The notes beneath the pieces were generated by a model. The model worked only from the letters and a program-made list of their open reading frames with translations. It was not told the DNA's origin and ran no database searches. DNA of 64,000 nt from a candidate division WOR-3 bacterium (GTDB taxonomy: Bacteria > Hydrothermota > 32-111). Location: the NCBI GenBank assembly GCA_037481815.1, contig JBBFKX010000001.1, positions 544,001 through 608,000 of the forward strand. The letters are read 5' to 3'. A program made the translations under genes and the position numbers. Below, piece by piece: positions 19,849 to 30,194 of this stretch (position 1 is the first letter of the stretch; each line of letters begins with the position of its first letter).

Positions 19849-20721
19849 TTAAATTTCTTCAAAAATTTTTAAAAGGTAATCCTTATATTCAGAGTTGGGA
19901 TATCTGTTAACCAACTTTAAAAATTTTCTTCTACTCAAAAACCCCATTCTCAAACACACCTCTTCTATACAACCAATCTTGAGATTCTGTCTCTGTTCGA
20001 TAGTCCCGATGAAAGAACTCGCCTCAAGCATCGAACGTGGAGTTCCTGTATCAAGCCATGCTATCCCTCTGCCCATAATCTCCAGTTTCAACTCTTTTCT
20101 TTCAAGATAAATTTTGTTAAGATCGGTTATTTCAAGTTCTCCCCTGTTAGACGGTTTTAGTTTTTTTGCATACTTTGAGCAATTTGAATCGTATATGTAA
20201 AGACCACAGACAGCATAGTTACTTTTTGGTTTTTTAGGTTTCTCTTCAATAGATATTATATTTTTGTTATCATCGAATTCTATCACTCCATATCTTTCAG
20301 GATCGGAAACATAGTATCCAAAAATTGTTGCATGTTGATTTTCTATCCGTGCTTTTCTTAAAAAATCCATATCACCATAAAAAATGTTATCGCCGAGTAT
20401 AAGCATAACATCATCTTTACCGATAAAGTTTTCTCCAATGATCAAAGATTCTGCTATCCCTTTCGGTTTCTCCTGAACAGCATAATCTATCTTTAAACCA
20501 AAATCTTTACCATCATGAAAAAGATTTTTGAAAAGTGGAATGCTCTTTGCTTTTGAGATTATTAAGATCTCGTTGATACCAGATAGAATCAAGGTTGATA
20601 ATGGATAGTATATCAGAGGTTTATCATAAATTGTTATGAGTTGTTTTGTGTATATACTTGTAGTTGGAAACAACCTCGTTCCCTCTCCACCTGCAAGAAC
20701 TATTCCCTTAGTTCTTTTCAT
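19849..20721 (-). CDS. rfbA: glucose-1-phosphate thymidylyltransferase
   Basis: GIVLAGGEGTRLFP, LGDNIFYG, EEKP, RGELEITD, WLDTGT. Confidence 0.96.
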   Translation of the reverse strand: MKRTKGIVLAGGEGTRLFPTTSIYTKQLITIYDKPLIYYPLSTLILSGINEILIISKAKSIPLFKNLFHDGKDFGLKIDYAVQEKPKGIAESLIIGENFIGKDDVMLILGDNIFYGDMDFLRKARIENQHATIFGYYVSDPERYGVIEFDDNKNIISIEEKPKKPKSNYAVCGLYIYDSNCSKYAKKLKPSNRGELEITDLNKIYLERKELKLEIMGRGIAWLDTGTPRSMLEASSFIGTIEQRQNLKIGCIEEVCLRMGFLSRRKFLKLVNRYPNSEYKDYLLKIFEEI

Positions 20722-21742
20722 CGAATTTCTCCCTGTAATTTTTCACATAATATTTTTTAAAATCTTCATCAAGACATTTTTCAACCCATTTAAGATTTTT
20801 TTTATACCATTTAACAGTTCTTTCAAGTGATGGATAAAAATCAAAAATGTTTTTGTGTTTCAACTCTTTTTCGATCTTTGAACAATCAAGTGAATATCTC
20901 CTGTCATGTGCTGGTCTATCTTTTACAAATGTTATAAGTTTTTCATCCTTTTTTAAAATTTTCAAAATCATTTTAACAAGTTTTATGTTCTCTATCTCAT
21001 TGTTTCCACCAATGTTATAGATATTCCCGATTTTACCATTTTCAAAAACATTCAAAATCCCTCTAACATTATCTTCAACATATATCCAATCTCTCACATT
21101 TTTTCCATCACCATAAACTGGTATCTTTTCGTTTTTCATTGCCTTCAAAATTGTAAGTGGAATCAACTTTTCAGGGAACTGGAATGGGCCAAAATTGTTC
21201 GATGATCTTGTTATCACAATGTCCAATCCATATGTTTTATTATACGAAAGCGCTATAAGATCAGCTGATGCTTTTGAAGAAGAGTATGGGGAGTTTGGTT
21301 TTAAGATCGAGTTCTCTGTAAACTTTTCTTTTGAATCAAGTTGAAGATCACCATAAACCTCATCGGTTGAAATCTGTAAAAATCTTTTAAAAAATCCCAT
21401 TCTGAAAATTTCTAAAAGGTTAACAACTCCCAAAATATTTGTTTCTATAAAATCTCTTGGAGATATTATACTTCTATCAACATGTGATTGCGCTGCAAAA
21501 TTGATCACACCATAAACATCTCTTTCTTTCTTAAAAAATTGTAACAGAAAATCAAAATCCCTAATATCGCCCTTTACAAACTCATATCTTTTTTCTTTCG
21601 TAAACTCTTTTATATTTTCTTTACTACCCGAAAGAAGTAAAAGATCAATGTTTACAATGGAATAATCCCTGTTTTTCAAAATATATCTTATGAAGTTTGA
21701 TCCAATAAATCCCGCTCCACCAGTTACAACGATTTTTTTCAT
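20708..21742 (-). CDS. rfbB: dTDP-glucose 4,6-dehydratase
   Basis: TGGAGFIGSNF, AAQSHVDRSI, STDEVYG, PYSSSK. Confidence 0.96.
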   Translation of the reverse strand: MKKIVVTGGAGFIGSNFIRYILKNRDYSIVNIDLLLLSGSKENIKEFTKEKRYEFVKGDIRDFDFLLQFFKKERDVYGVINFAAQSHVDRSIISPRDFIETNILGVVNLLEIFRMGFFKRFLQISTDEVYGDLQLDSKEKFTENSILKPNSPYSSSKASADLIALSYNKTYGLDIVITRSSNNFGPFQFPEKLIPLTILKAMKNEKIPVYGDGKNVRDWIYVEDNVRGILNVFENGKIGNIYNIGGNNEIENIKLVKMILKILKKDEKLITFVKDRPAHDRRYSLDCSKIEKELKHKNIFDFYPSLERTVKWYKKNLKWVEKCLDEDFKKYYVKNYREKFDEKN

Positions 21743-21751
21743 AATGTTTTA

Positions 21752-21779
21752 AGTTTAATTAAAAAAATAACTCAGTCAA
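21752..21779 (-). promoter_or_regulatory. possible promoter for rfbB-rfbA-asnB-like
   Basis: TTGACT-16 nt-TAAACT, then 9 nt to the ATG; no SD. Confidence 0.4.
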
Positions 21780-23262
21780 TAATCTTTTTATAAAATCTTA
21801 TAGTTCCATAACCACTGGTGGATAATGAATCATATTGAAAAAAATTTTTTTCTGCGTACCGTTGTGTTTTATTATAAAATGTAACAAAATCGTTTAACGA
21901 CCCTTCTTTTTCCTTTTTATTTGAAACACCGGTAACTCCTTCTGTTAAATAATCACTGATCACAATATAGTCGACTTTATTCGATTTTATCAAAGAATCC
22001 AGAGTTTTAAATTCTGTCAACTTGTAATATGTATAATCATTATAGAATTCGTTATCCTTAAACGGAAAATAAAAAACGATATTCGAAAGAACCACTTTAC
22101 CTTTTTCAACATTTTTTTCGCAATATTTTTCGATCAGAGAATATGAAGTCAGATCCCTGTCCCTGTACATCAGATAAGATATTGCAAGAAAATTGTTAAC
22201 AAGATAAACAGAAGAAAGAAGAATAAAAACAGTTTTAAATTTCCTGTTCTGTAATTTTTTATAGATCATAGTTAACACAAGAATCGAATAAAGTATTATA
22301 GATATAAAACCTCTTGTAACAAACCTTTCCATAAACAAAAAACCAAGAATAAAATAGAAAAATCCTATAAGGGAAACGATTTTTAACATTCTATCTTTTC
22401 TAAAGAATATTAAACCAAAAGGGAAAATCAAAATTTCAAACAAAAATATGTACAACCTTTTTAAACCTAAAGCGTAATCGTTGTAAAGGTTTTTCATTTT
22501 GAAAAATATTTCGCCAAACAAAGAGCCCTTGTATGCTGAAAGCCTTCTTCCGTAAAGAAAATAGAATTCTTCAAAAGAGGATTTTTTTATGAAATATAAA
22601 AAATAAAGATAAAAAAGAGAACACAAGATTACAACAGATAAAAAATAGAACACAGGTCTAAAATTTTTTTGTTTTATCGAATAGATTGTGATTATTATAA
22701 AAAATATTAGTGTAAAAAATATTTCATCAGGATGGGTAAGTACACCACACAAAGAAAAGAATGTTGAAATAATAAAATATTTTTCATCTCCCTTTAAACC
22801 TTTTATGAGAAAAATTAAAGAGAGCAGTGAAAATAGAATTTTTAATGCTTCAGGTCTTACTGTTCTATACACCAGAAATACTGTTGAAGAGAAGAGAAAA
22901 AATGTTAAAAAAATAATTTTCTCCTGTTTCCCAAAGGATAATTCTTCTGCAAGAAAAAAGAAAAAGGTTAAAAATAAAATTCCGAGGAGATATGAAAAGA
23001 TTTTTGAAACTAAAAGATTACATCCGAAAAATTTATAAAAAATTCCCAAAAACAGAGTATATCCAAAAAGATAATCACCACCGTAAAGTCCAATTACATT
23101 TTGATTCGTAAAACCCAGACCTTTTGAAAAATTGTATGCTGTCCCAGCATACCAGACCTCATCGACCCAAACTTTTGGAACCCTATCTATAAGAGGCAAC
23201 TCTAATAATGTGAATATTGTTAAGAAAACAAACAAGATTATAAGGTTTTCAGATCTCTTCAT
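21772..23262 (-). CDS. ArnT/PMT-like GT-C membrane glycosyltransferase
   Basis: WVDEVWY (DE motif) after first TM; RTVRPEAL; many TMs; soluble C-terminal tail. Confidence 0.75.
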   Translation of the reverse strand: MKRSENLIILFVFLTIFTLLELPLIDRVPKVWVDEVWYAGTAYNFSKGLGFTNQNVIGLYGGDYLFGYTLFLGIFYKFFGCNLLVSKIFSYLLGILFLTFFFFLAEELSFGKQEKIIFLTFFLFSSTVFLVYRTVRPEALKILFSLLSLIFLIKGLKGDEKYFIISTFFSLCGVLTHPDEIFFTLIFFIIITIYSIKQKNFRPVFYFLSVVILCSLFYLYFLYFIKKSSFEEFYFLYGRRLSAYKGSLFGEIFFKMKNLYNDYALGLKRLYIFLFEILIFPFGLIFFRKDRMLKIVSLIGFFYFILGFLFMERFVTRGFISIILYSILVLTMIYKKLQNRKFKTVFILLSSVYLVNNFLAISYLMYRDRDLTSYSLIEKYCEKNVEKGKVVLSNIVFYFPFKDNEFYNDYTYYKLTEFKTLDSLIKSNKVDYIVISDYLTEGVTGVSNKKEKEGSLNDFVTFYNKTQRYAEKNFFQYDSLSTSGYGTIRFYKKIID

Positions 23263-23932
23263 AAAAGAACCTACCTAACCTTAACATGTTCGAATTGTTT
23301 TTTAGAGCCAGAATGTAATCGTCACTCATCCCCATTGAGAGTATATTAAAATTTGTAAAAGATTCTTTTAACATCAAAAAAATTTCATTACCTTTTTTAA
23401 AAGATTCCTCAATCATTCTTTTGTCTTGAGTATTTGGCCCAATACACATCATACCCTTTAAATTCAAAAAATCAAATTTTACAAGATTTTCTTTCAAATA
23501 TTTTAACTCTGAAAAATCAAATCCATGTTTCGTTTTTTCATCTGAAATTTTTATTTCAACAAGTACATCTATAACTCTATTTTTCTTTTTATAAAAATCG
23601 TTAACAACACTTGCTTTTTCATAAGAATCTATCGACTGAATCAGGTCAACATTTTCAAAAAGATATTTCAATTTATTACTTTGAATGTTTCCAATAAAAG
23701 ACAATTTTATATCTTCCTTTGAATAGAAAAAATTTTTATCTCGAATTTCCTGAGCAATGTTTTCTGCAAAATGTCTAAAACCTTCTTCATAAAGAATATT
23801 TATCTTTTCCAAACTCTGTTTTTTCGAAACGACAACAATTTCAACAGGTCTGTTAACAGCGTATAGTTCAATTTCTTCATAAAGTTTTTTTATTTTATCT
23901 TTTAACCTATTTAAAGATCGTTTTTCCAACAT
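23249..23932 (-). CDS. yggS: YggS/PLPBP pyridoxal-phosphate homeostasis protein
   Basis: VVVSK, FAEN, FIGNIQSNK, LSMGMSDDY, MLRLGR. Confidence 0.92.
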   Translation of the reverse strand: MLEKRSLNRLKDKIKKLYEEIELYAVNRPVEIVVVSKKQSLEKINILYEEGFRHFAENIAQEIRDKNFFYSKEDIKLSFIGNIQSNKLKYLFENVDLIQSIDSYEKASVVNDFYKKKNRVIDVLVEIKISDEKTKHGFDFSELKYLKENLVKFDFLNLKGMMCIGPNTQDKRMIEESFKKGNEIFLMLKESFTNFNILSMGMSDDYILALKNNSNMLRLGRFFYEEI

Positions 23933-25043
23933 AGGTATAACTCCCTTTCTGATCTAATAAAGATTGGTTTGAAAAGATACAGAAACCTAAAACAGGGTAT
24001 TTGTACAACTCTTTCACATTGTTTACCATGTTATAAATTGTTTGATTGTAAGATGCAACTCCAACAACAATTTTCGAGAGTACAGTTTTTGCCTGAATCT
24101 TGTCGAGTTGTTTTTTTATAACTGAAAGAGAAGGTGAATACGCCATTATGTTCACATAATCGATATAACCTTCATTCAACCATTCCCACCAATTCTGATA
24201 AAAACTCATACCTGCGATATCAACATCTGCAAAGACCGCAGATGATAACTGGATGTTCGGATTATGATTTTTAACAAGAAAATAGATATCTTTTATCAGT
24301 TTGTTGAGTTCCTCTTTTGGGAAATTTTGCCATTCATTCAAAAGCGCGTTGACTCCCTTTTCACCAAAAAGTTTTAAAGATAGATCACTCTTTATCTCAA
24401 AAGGATCCACAAAATATTTTTCGATGAAATTGGATCTTAAAAAAACATCATAAACAAACTCTCTTCCGGGGAACCTTGAATAATCAAGATGTATTCCATC
24501 GATATTGTAATTCAAAAGTATTTCATCTATTAAAAAGAGTATATAATCTTTAACTATGTCTGAAGAAGGTGAAACAAAAAATCCTTCTATGTTTCTTATT
24601 TTCATCTTTTCGATCGAATAATCGAGCAAGGAAATATTTTTATCATCAACAAGCACAGAAGTTGGATATCTTTTTAGAATATGTTTTTCATCATCCACCA
24701 TCTCTCTTCTATCCCACATGTAAAGAAGGTTTATCCATGCATGGACTTTAATGTTCTTTGAGTGTGCTTTCTGGATAAATATTTCAAGTGGATCAAAATC
24801 TTTATATTTTACTGGCGCTATCTTTGAATTAAAAAAAGCATAACCTGATCCATATACCTGAACATAAGCATCACTCACATTAGCGATGGATAAAGAATCG
24901 AGTATACATTCTATTTTTTCTGGAGAATACAAGTCCCACCTTGTGATCCAGACACCTTTTATTTCAAAAGATTTAAGATTCAAAAATGAAAGAATAGATA
25001 ACAAAAAAGCCCATAAAAATGGGCTTTTTTTTAAAAAAAACAT
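23907..25043 (-). CDS. GHL10 / DUF187 family glycoside hydrolase (YddW/DigH-like), secreted
   Basis: KGVWIT, VHAW, DGIHLDYSRFP, YQNWWEWL...GYIDY; hydrophobic N-terminus from the ATG at 25043. Confidence 0.8.
   Translation of the reverse strand: MFFLKKSPFLWAFLLSILSFLNLKSFEIKGVWITRWDLYSPEKIECILDSLSIANVSDAYVQVYGSGYAFFNSKIAPVKYKDFDPLEIFIQKAHSKNIKVHAWINLLYMWDRREMVDDEKHILKRYPTSVLVDDKNISLLDYSIEKMKIRNIEGFFVSPSSDIVKDYILFLIDEILLNYNIDGIHLDYSRFPGREFVYDVFLRSNFIEKYFVDPFEIKSDLSLKLFGEKGVNALLNEWQNFPKEELNKLIKDIYFLVKNHNPNIQLSSAVFADVDIAGMSFYQNWWEWLNEGYIDYVNIMAYSPSLSVIKKQLDKIQAKTVLSKIVVGVASYNQTIYNMVNNVKELYKYPVLGFCIFSNQSLLDQKGSYTYVGKTIFK
25003..25032 (-). terminator. intrinsic terminator after rplQ, inside the GHL10 5' coding region
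   Basis: A8-GCCCAT-TTTT-ATGGGC-T6 on minus strand; bidirectional geometry. Confidence 0.75.
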
Positions 25044-25047
25044 ATTC

Positions 25048-25446
25048 CTATTTCTTTTTCTCTTTTTTCTCTTTTTCTTTCTTTTCGGGTTTTTCAACAA
25101 GTTCAAGAATCGCTGTTGATGCTCCATCTCCCCTTCTGACTCCAAGATTGATGACTCTTGTGTAACCACCTTTTCTCATCTTATATCTTGGGGCTATCTC
25201 TTCAAAAAGTTTTTGAACAATTTTTCTTGATTTCAACCTTTTTGCGACCTCTCTTCTTGAGGATACAGAGTCATCATTTTTTGCAAAAGTTATAAGTTTT
25301 TCTGCAAGTTTTCTTGCTTCTTTTGCCTTTGCCGTTGTAGTTATAACAACGTTCTTTTCAAAAAGTGAGGTTACAAGATTGTTAAGCATAGCATTTCTAT
25401 GCTCAGCGGTTCTTGAAAGTTTCTTTACTTTATCATTATGACGCAT
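25048..25446 (-). CDS. rplQ: 50S ribosomal protein L17
   Basis: MRH...KLSRTAEHR, GGYTRVI..RRGDGA. Confidence 0.98.
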   Translation of the reverse strand: MRHNDKVKKLSRTAEHRNAMLNNLVTSLFEKNVVITTTAKAKEARKLAEKLITFAKNDDSVSSRREVAKRLKSRKIVQKLFEEIAPRYKMRKGGYTRVINLGVRRGDGASTAILELVEKPEKKEKEKKEKKK

Positions 25447-25455
25447 TTTTCCCCC

Positions 25456-26433
25456 TTAACTGTTATCATCCTTAAAATATTTTGAAACATCCATTCCAAA
25501 ATGAAGCCCAAGTTCTTTCAATTTTTCTTCAAGTTCAGTTAACGATTGTTTTCCAAAATTTTTGTATTTCAACATTTCATCTTTTCTTTTTGAAACGAGA
25601 TCCTTTAATGTCTGAATATTGTTTGCCTCAAGACAATTTTTTGCTCTAACTTTAAGTTCAAGGTCTGTCACCTTCTTCATAAGAAGTTCTCTCATCTTCA
25701 AAACATTATCATCTTCAAACTCTTCTGTAATAACAGGCAACTTTTTATCTTCGATTTCAAAAACCTGCAGGTGTCCTTTTAAAATTATCGCCGACTGTTT
25801 CAAAGCATCACGAGGAGATATTGTTCCATCCGTGAAAATCTCAAGAACAAGTTTATCATAGTCAGTTCTCTGCCCAACTCTCATGTTCTCTACGGAGGTA
25901 ACAACTCTTTTTATAGGAGAGAAGAAAGCATCAAGTTGAATAGTTTTTATACTCTTATCTGGAACTATGTATTGGGATTGCAGATAACCTCTCCCCCATT
26001 CAAGGTATATATCTATCTTGACTCCAACATTTTTAGTTATTGTGAAAAGGTAAAGATCTTTATTTACAACTTCAACACCAGGTGGAGTGATTATATCACC
26101 TGATACCACTTCTTTGGGACCTTTTATCTGGAATGTGATCTTCACATCATCAAGATCCTCATCCATTTTAAATCTGATCTTTTTTATATTAAGAACGATA
26201 TCGGCAACATTCTCTTTAACTCCATCTATCGTTGTAAACTCATGGTTTGCATTTTCAAACACAAGTTTTGTGACACCAACTCCATGGATACTCGAAAGGA
26301 GTATTCTTCTAAAAACATTACCCATGGTTATTCCAAAACCTCTTTCAAAAGGACCAATGATGTATTTTGCGTAATTTTCTTTTTCATCCACAACCTCTAT
26401 TTTTTGTGGAATCTGAAAAGGTTTTATCTTCAT
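25456..26433 (-). CDS. rpoA: RNA polymerase alpha subunit
   Basis: PFERGFGITMGNVFRRILLSS, RVGQRTDYDKL, NFGKQSL. Confidence 0.98.
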   Translation of the reverse strand: MKIKPFQIPQKIEVVDEKENYAKYIIGPFERGFGITMGNVFRRILLSSIHGVGVTKLVFENANHEFTTIDGVKENVADIVLNIKKIRFKMDEDLDDVKITFQIKGPKEVVSGDIITPPGVEVVNKDLYLFTITKNVGVKIDIYLEWGRGYLQSQYIVPDKSIKTIQLDAFFSPIKRVVTSVENMRVGQRTDYDKLVLEIFTDGTISPRDALKQSAIILKGHLQVFEIEDKKLPVITEEFEDDNVLKMRELLMKKVTDLELKVRAKNCLEANNIQTLKDLVSKRKDEMLKYKNFGKQSLTELEEKLKELGLHFGMDVSKYFKDDNS

Positions 26434-26456
26434 TTGTTAACCCCTTCCGTTAATTG

Positions 26457-27083
26457 TTATTTTGAATATAGCTCTATTATCAACTGCTCTTTTATATCAG
26501 CATCTATATGGTATCTCTGAGGCAATTGAACAACTTTCGCACTCATTTTTGGAAGATCGAGTGACAACCATTCAGGTGTCTGTGCTTTACTCTTTGTGAT
26601 AGTTTCATTTATCATATCAATGGTTCTCGATTTTTCCCTTACGGAAATCTCATCGTTTTCATTCACAAGATAACTTGGAATGTTAACGCTCTTTCCATTT
26701 ACAAGAATATGTCCATGATTTACAAGTTGTCTTGCTGCTGCTCTCGATGGAGCGAATTTCAATCTGTAAACGACATTATCCAATCTTCTCTCAAGTAACT
26801 GCAAAAGTATCTCACCTGTAACACCTTTCTTTCTTGATGCTATAAGGTAATACCTTTTGAACTGTCTCTCATTAACACCATACATCCTTTTAACTTTCTG
26901 TTTTTCTCTTAACTGAATTGCATAACCTGATAGTTTTTTCCTGATCTTTTTTGCCACTTCTCCAGGTGTATTCTTTTTCCTTTCAAGAGAACATTTATCT
27001 GTCAAACATCTATCACCTTTCAAAAAAAGTTTTACTCTTTCCCTTCTGCAAAGTTTACATTTCGCCTCTATATATCTTGACAT
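26457..27083 (-). CDS. rpsD: 30S ribosomal protein S4
   Basis: CKLCRRE, LERRLDNVVYR, ARQLVNHGH. Confidence 0.98.
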   Translation of the reverse strand: MSRYIEAKCKLCRRERVKLFLKGDRCLTDKCSLERKKNTPGEVAKKIRKKLSGYAIQLREKQKVKRMYGVNERQFKRYYLIASRKKGVTGEILLQLLERRLDNVVYRLKFAPSRAAARQLVNHGHILVNGKSVNIPSYLVNENDEISVREKSRTIDMINETITKSKAQTPEWLSLDLPKMSAKVVQLPQRYHIDADIKEQLIIELYSK

Positions 27084-27094
27084 TTAGCTCCTCC

Positions 27095-27493
27095 TTAAAC
27101 TCTTCTTCTTTTTGGTGGTCTGCATCCATTATGTGGAATAGGTGTTACATCCTTTATCGCTGTTATTTTAAATCCTAAATTGTGTAAAGCTCTTATAGCT
27201 GTTTCTCTTCCTCCACCAGGGCCTTTTATCCAGACCTCAAGTTTTTTTATTCCAAGGTTCAAAGCATTTTTTCCAGCTTTTTCAGCAGCTACCTGTGCTG
27301 CAAATGGAGTGGATTTTTTTGTCCCTTTATATCCTACATTTCCCGCGGAGGACCATGTAACAACATTTCCCTTTGAATCGGTTATCGTAACTATCGTATT
27401 GTTGAATGAAGAGTGAACATGACATATACCTTGAGATTCTACACTTTTAACTTTCTTTTTAACTCTTTTACGAGTTTTCTTTTCCGCAGCCAC
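27095..27493 (-). CDS. rpsK: 30S ribosomal protein S11 (GTG start)
   Basis: [26 protein letters not shown]. Confidence 0.98.
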   Translation of the reverse strand: MAAEKKTRKRVKKKVKSVESQGICHVHSSFNNTIVTITDSKGNVVTWSSAGNVGYKGTKKSTPFAAQVAAEKAGKNALNLGIKKLEVWIKGPGGGRETAIRALHNLGFKITAIKDVTPIPHNGCRPPKRRRV

Positions 27494-27505
27494 TATATCC
27501 TCCTT

Positions 27506-27889
27506 TTATTTCTTAGGTGCTTTTTTCTTCAAAGCGATACTACCTTTAGATGGGCCCTTTCTCGTTCTTGCATTCGTTCTTGTTCTCTGTCCTCTTACAG
27601 GAAGTCCTTTTATATGTCTTATACCCCTGTAACATTGTATCTCTTTTAACCTCTTTATATTTTCCGCAATTTCAGCTTTGAGCATTCCTTCGACTTTGTA
27701 ATCCTTTTCTATTATCTTCCTTATCTTTTCAACATCTTCATCTTTCAAATCTTTAACTTTGATCGAAGGATCAACGTTAGCTTCTTTTAAAATTTTTAAA
27801 GAGGATGATAGCCCAATACCGTAAATATAAGTCAAAGCTATCTCAATCCTTTTATTTTTAGGCAAATCAACACCTGCTATACGAGCCAA
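27506..27889 (-). CDS. rpsM: 30S ribosomal protein S13 (TTG start)
   Basis: [27 protein letters not shown]. Confidence 0.98.
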   Translation of the reverse strand: MARIAGVDLPKNKRIEIALTYIYGIGLSSSLKILKEANVDPSIKVKDLKDEDVEKIRKIIEKDYKVEGMLKAEIAENIKRLKEIQCYRGIRHIKGLPVRGQRTRTNARTRKGPSKGSIALKKKAPKK

Positions 27890-27900
27890 ATTAACCTCCT

Positions 27901-28014
27901 TTAACCTTGTCTTTGCTTATGTTTTGGATTTTCACAAATAACTTTTACAACACCTTTTCTTTTTATTACCTTACATTTATTACATATTTTCTTAACAGAA
28001 GATCTGACTTTCAT
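27901..28014 (-). CDS. rpmJ: 50S ribosomal protein L36; not in the ORF track
   Basis: Translated by hand: [37 protein letters not shown]. Confidence 0.97.
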   Translation of the reverse strand: MKVRSSVKKICNKCKVIKRKGVVKVICENPKHKQRQG

Positions 28015-28024
28015 TTTTCCTCCA

Positions 28025-28240
28025 TCATTTGAATCTATAAATTATTCTTCCTTTTGACAGGTCATAGGGAGAAAGTTCAACTGTCACCCTATCACCTTTT
28101 GCTATCTTAATGTAGTTCATTCTCATCTTTCCAGATATGTGTCCAATGACTATATGGTTGTTGTCGAGTTGAACTTTAAAACAAGCATCAGGTAAAAGAT
28201 CTATAATTGTTCCTTCAACGAGAATACCCTTTTTTGCCAT
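28025..28240 (-). CDS. infA: translation initiation factor IF-1
   Basis: [24 protein letters not shown]. Confidence 0.98.
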   Translation of the reverse strand: MAKKGILVEGTIIDLLPDACFKVQLDNNHIVIGHISGKMRMNYIKIAKGDRVTVELSPYDLSKGRIIYRFK

Positions 28241-28242
28241 AT

Positions 28243-28878
28243 TTAAAGAACCACCTCTTTTATTTGTTCAAAAATCTCTTCAGGTTTTCTATTTCCATCT
28301 ATTCTGATGAGTTTTCCTTTTTTTTCATAATAATCAAGAAGTTCTAAGGTTTCCTCTTGATAAACTTTTATCCTGTTTTTTATAACATCGATGTTATCAT
28401 CGGTTCTTTTTATAAGTTTGTTATGACAAATAAAACACTCATCATCATCATAGGTCCCAGGATAAATCTTTTTGCAACCCGAACAGACCAACCTGTTCGA
28501 CAACCTTTCAATTATTGTTTGTTCATCAACATCAATAAGAATCGCACAGTCGATTCCACTTTGATTTTTTGAAAGTTCTTCTTCGAGTTTTTCCGCCTGG
28601 AAATTTCTTCTTGGAAAACCGTCAAAAACCACATTCTTTCTATAAAGATCATTCTTTTTTATATAGTCAAGAATAAAATCTACTATCAAACTGTCCGGCA
28701 CGAGTAAACCTTTATCGATATAATTTTTTATCTCTTTACCAAACTCGGTTTTGTTTGATATTTCATTTCTCAAAAGATCACCCGTTGCAAGATGCACAAA
28801 ATTCTCTTTTAAACTTAAAAGTTCTGCCTGTGTTCCTTTTCCTGAACCGGGAGGCCCAAGCAAAACTATTTTCTTCAT
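28243..28878 (-). CDS. adk: adenylate kinase
   Basis: [16 protein letters not shown], Cys4 lid. Confidence 0.97.
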   Translation of the reverse strand: MKKIVLLGPPGSGKGTQAELLSLKENFVHLATGDLLRNEISNKTEFGKEIKNYIDKGLLVPDSLIVDFILDYIKKNDLYRKNVVFDGFPRRNFQAEKLEEELSKNQSGIDCAILIDVDEQTIIERLSNRLVCSGCKKIYPGTYDDDECFICHNKLIKRTDDNIDVIKNRIKVYQEETLELLDYYEKKGKLIRIDGNRKPEEIFEQIKEVVL

Positions 28879-30194
28879 CAAAATCTTCCTTTTATTTTTC
28901 CTTTCTTTAAAAAACCTTCATAACTTCTCATCATCAGATATGATTCTATCTGAGAAACCGTCTCAAGTATAACTCCAACAACTATCAGTATAGATGTTCC
29001 ACCGAAATATACAGGTATTCTCATCCTGTCTATAACTATAATTGGAAGTATAGCGATCAGAGCAAAAAAGATAGCACCAGGTAAAGTTATCCTTGTTACA
29101 ACTCTGTCTATATAATCCCTCGTAGGTTTTCCCGGTCTTATTCCAGGTATGAAACCACCATATTTTTTCATATTCTCAGACATATCCTGTGGATTTATGA
29201 CAACCGAAGTATAAAAGAATCCAAAGAATATTATCAAAAGTCCATACAATGTTAAATAAACTGGATGTGATGGTTTGAATATCTCAAGGATGAAATTTGA
29301 TACCGAACTGTTTTTAAAAAAGTTTGCGAGTGTTGAAGGAAACATTATTATAGATTGTGCAAAGATTATTGGAATAACACCTGCAGCGTTAACATTCAAG
29401 GGAATGTATGTTGCCTGTCCACCGTAAACTTTTCTTCCAACAACTCTTTTTGCATACTGAACCGGGATCCTTCTCTGCGCCTGTGTAACAAGAACAACAG
29501 CAGCGGTTATTCCAACAGCCAGTGCTAAAAATATTATCACAAAAACTATGTTCAAAGTTCCAGCGAACACAAGTCGGGCTACATCCATTATTTCTTGTGG
29601 CATCCTTGCAACGATACCAACAAGGATTATTATTGAAATACCATTACCTATTCCTTTTTCAGTAATTCTTTCTCCAAGCCACATAACAAACATCGTTCCG
29701 GATGTAAGAGTTATGAGAGTGAGCATTCTAAAACCGAATCCAGGATTTGGAACGATTCTATAACCTGAAAGTGCAAGTCCTTCAAGAAAAATAGAGATAC
29801 CATAAGATTCTATCATCGCTATAAAAATTGTTAGATATCTTGTATACTGTGTTATCTTCTTTCTACCTTCTTCACCTTCCTGCTGGAGTTTCTGCAAATA
29901 TGGCCAGATCGCCCCGAGGAGTTGCAGGATGATAGAAGCAGATATATAAGGCATTATTCCAAGAGCAAAAATCGTTGCTCTTTGAAGGTTTCCACCTGCA
30001 AAAACATCATACAATCCAAGTATTCCACCTGCTTGAGAGGTAAACCAGTTGGAAAGTGTTGTAATATCAATCCCTGGCAAAGGAATATGACTACCGATTC
30101 TATAAACTCCAAGTAGAATCAAAGTATAGATGATTTTTTTTCTCAGTTCAGGAATCTTAAAGGTGTTTTGAAATGTGGATATAAGATTTATCAA
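28878..30194 (-). CDS. secY: preprotein translocase SecY (TTG start)
   Basis: IFALGIMPYISASII, GIGNGISI, GVIPIIFA, IPGIRPG. Confidence 0.98.
   Translation of the reverse strand: MINLISTFQNTFKIPELRKKIIYTLILLGVYRIGSHIPLPGIDITTLSNWFTSQAGGILGLYDVFAGGNLQRATIFALGIMPYISASIILQLLGAIWPYLQKLQQEGEEGRKKITQYTRYLTIFIAMIESYGISIFLEGLALSGYRIVPNPGFGFRMLTLITLTSGTMFVMWLGERITEKGIGNGISIIILVGIVARMPQEIMDVARLVFAGTLNIVFVIIFLALAVGITAAVVLVTQAQRRIPVQYAKRVVGRKVYGGQATYIPLNVNAAGVIPIIFAQSIIMFPSTLANFFKNSSVSNFILEIFKPSHPVYLTLYGLLIIFFGFFYTSVVINPQDMSENMKKYGGFIPGIRPGKPTRDYIDRVVTRITLPGAIFFALIAILPIIVIDRMRIPVYFGGTSILIVVGVILETVSQIESYLMMRSYEGFLKKGKIKGRF

Noticed and set aside
18121..25043. Possible genomic island next to the tRNA cluster
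   Set aside because: It lies 5' of the tRNAs, has no integrase or flanking repeats, and contains housekeeping yggS
25044..25169. Lys/Arg-rich N-terminal extension of the GHL10 ORF
   Set aside because: It is an alternative frame of the rplQ 3' end; the ATG at 25043 gives a plausible signal peptide
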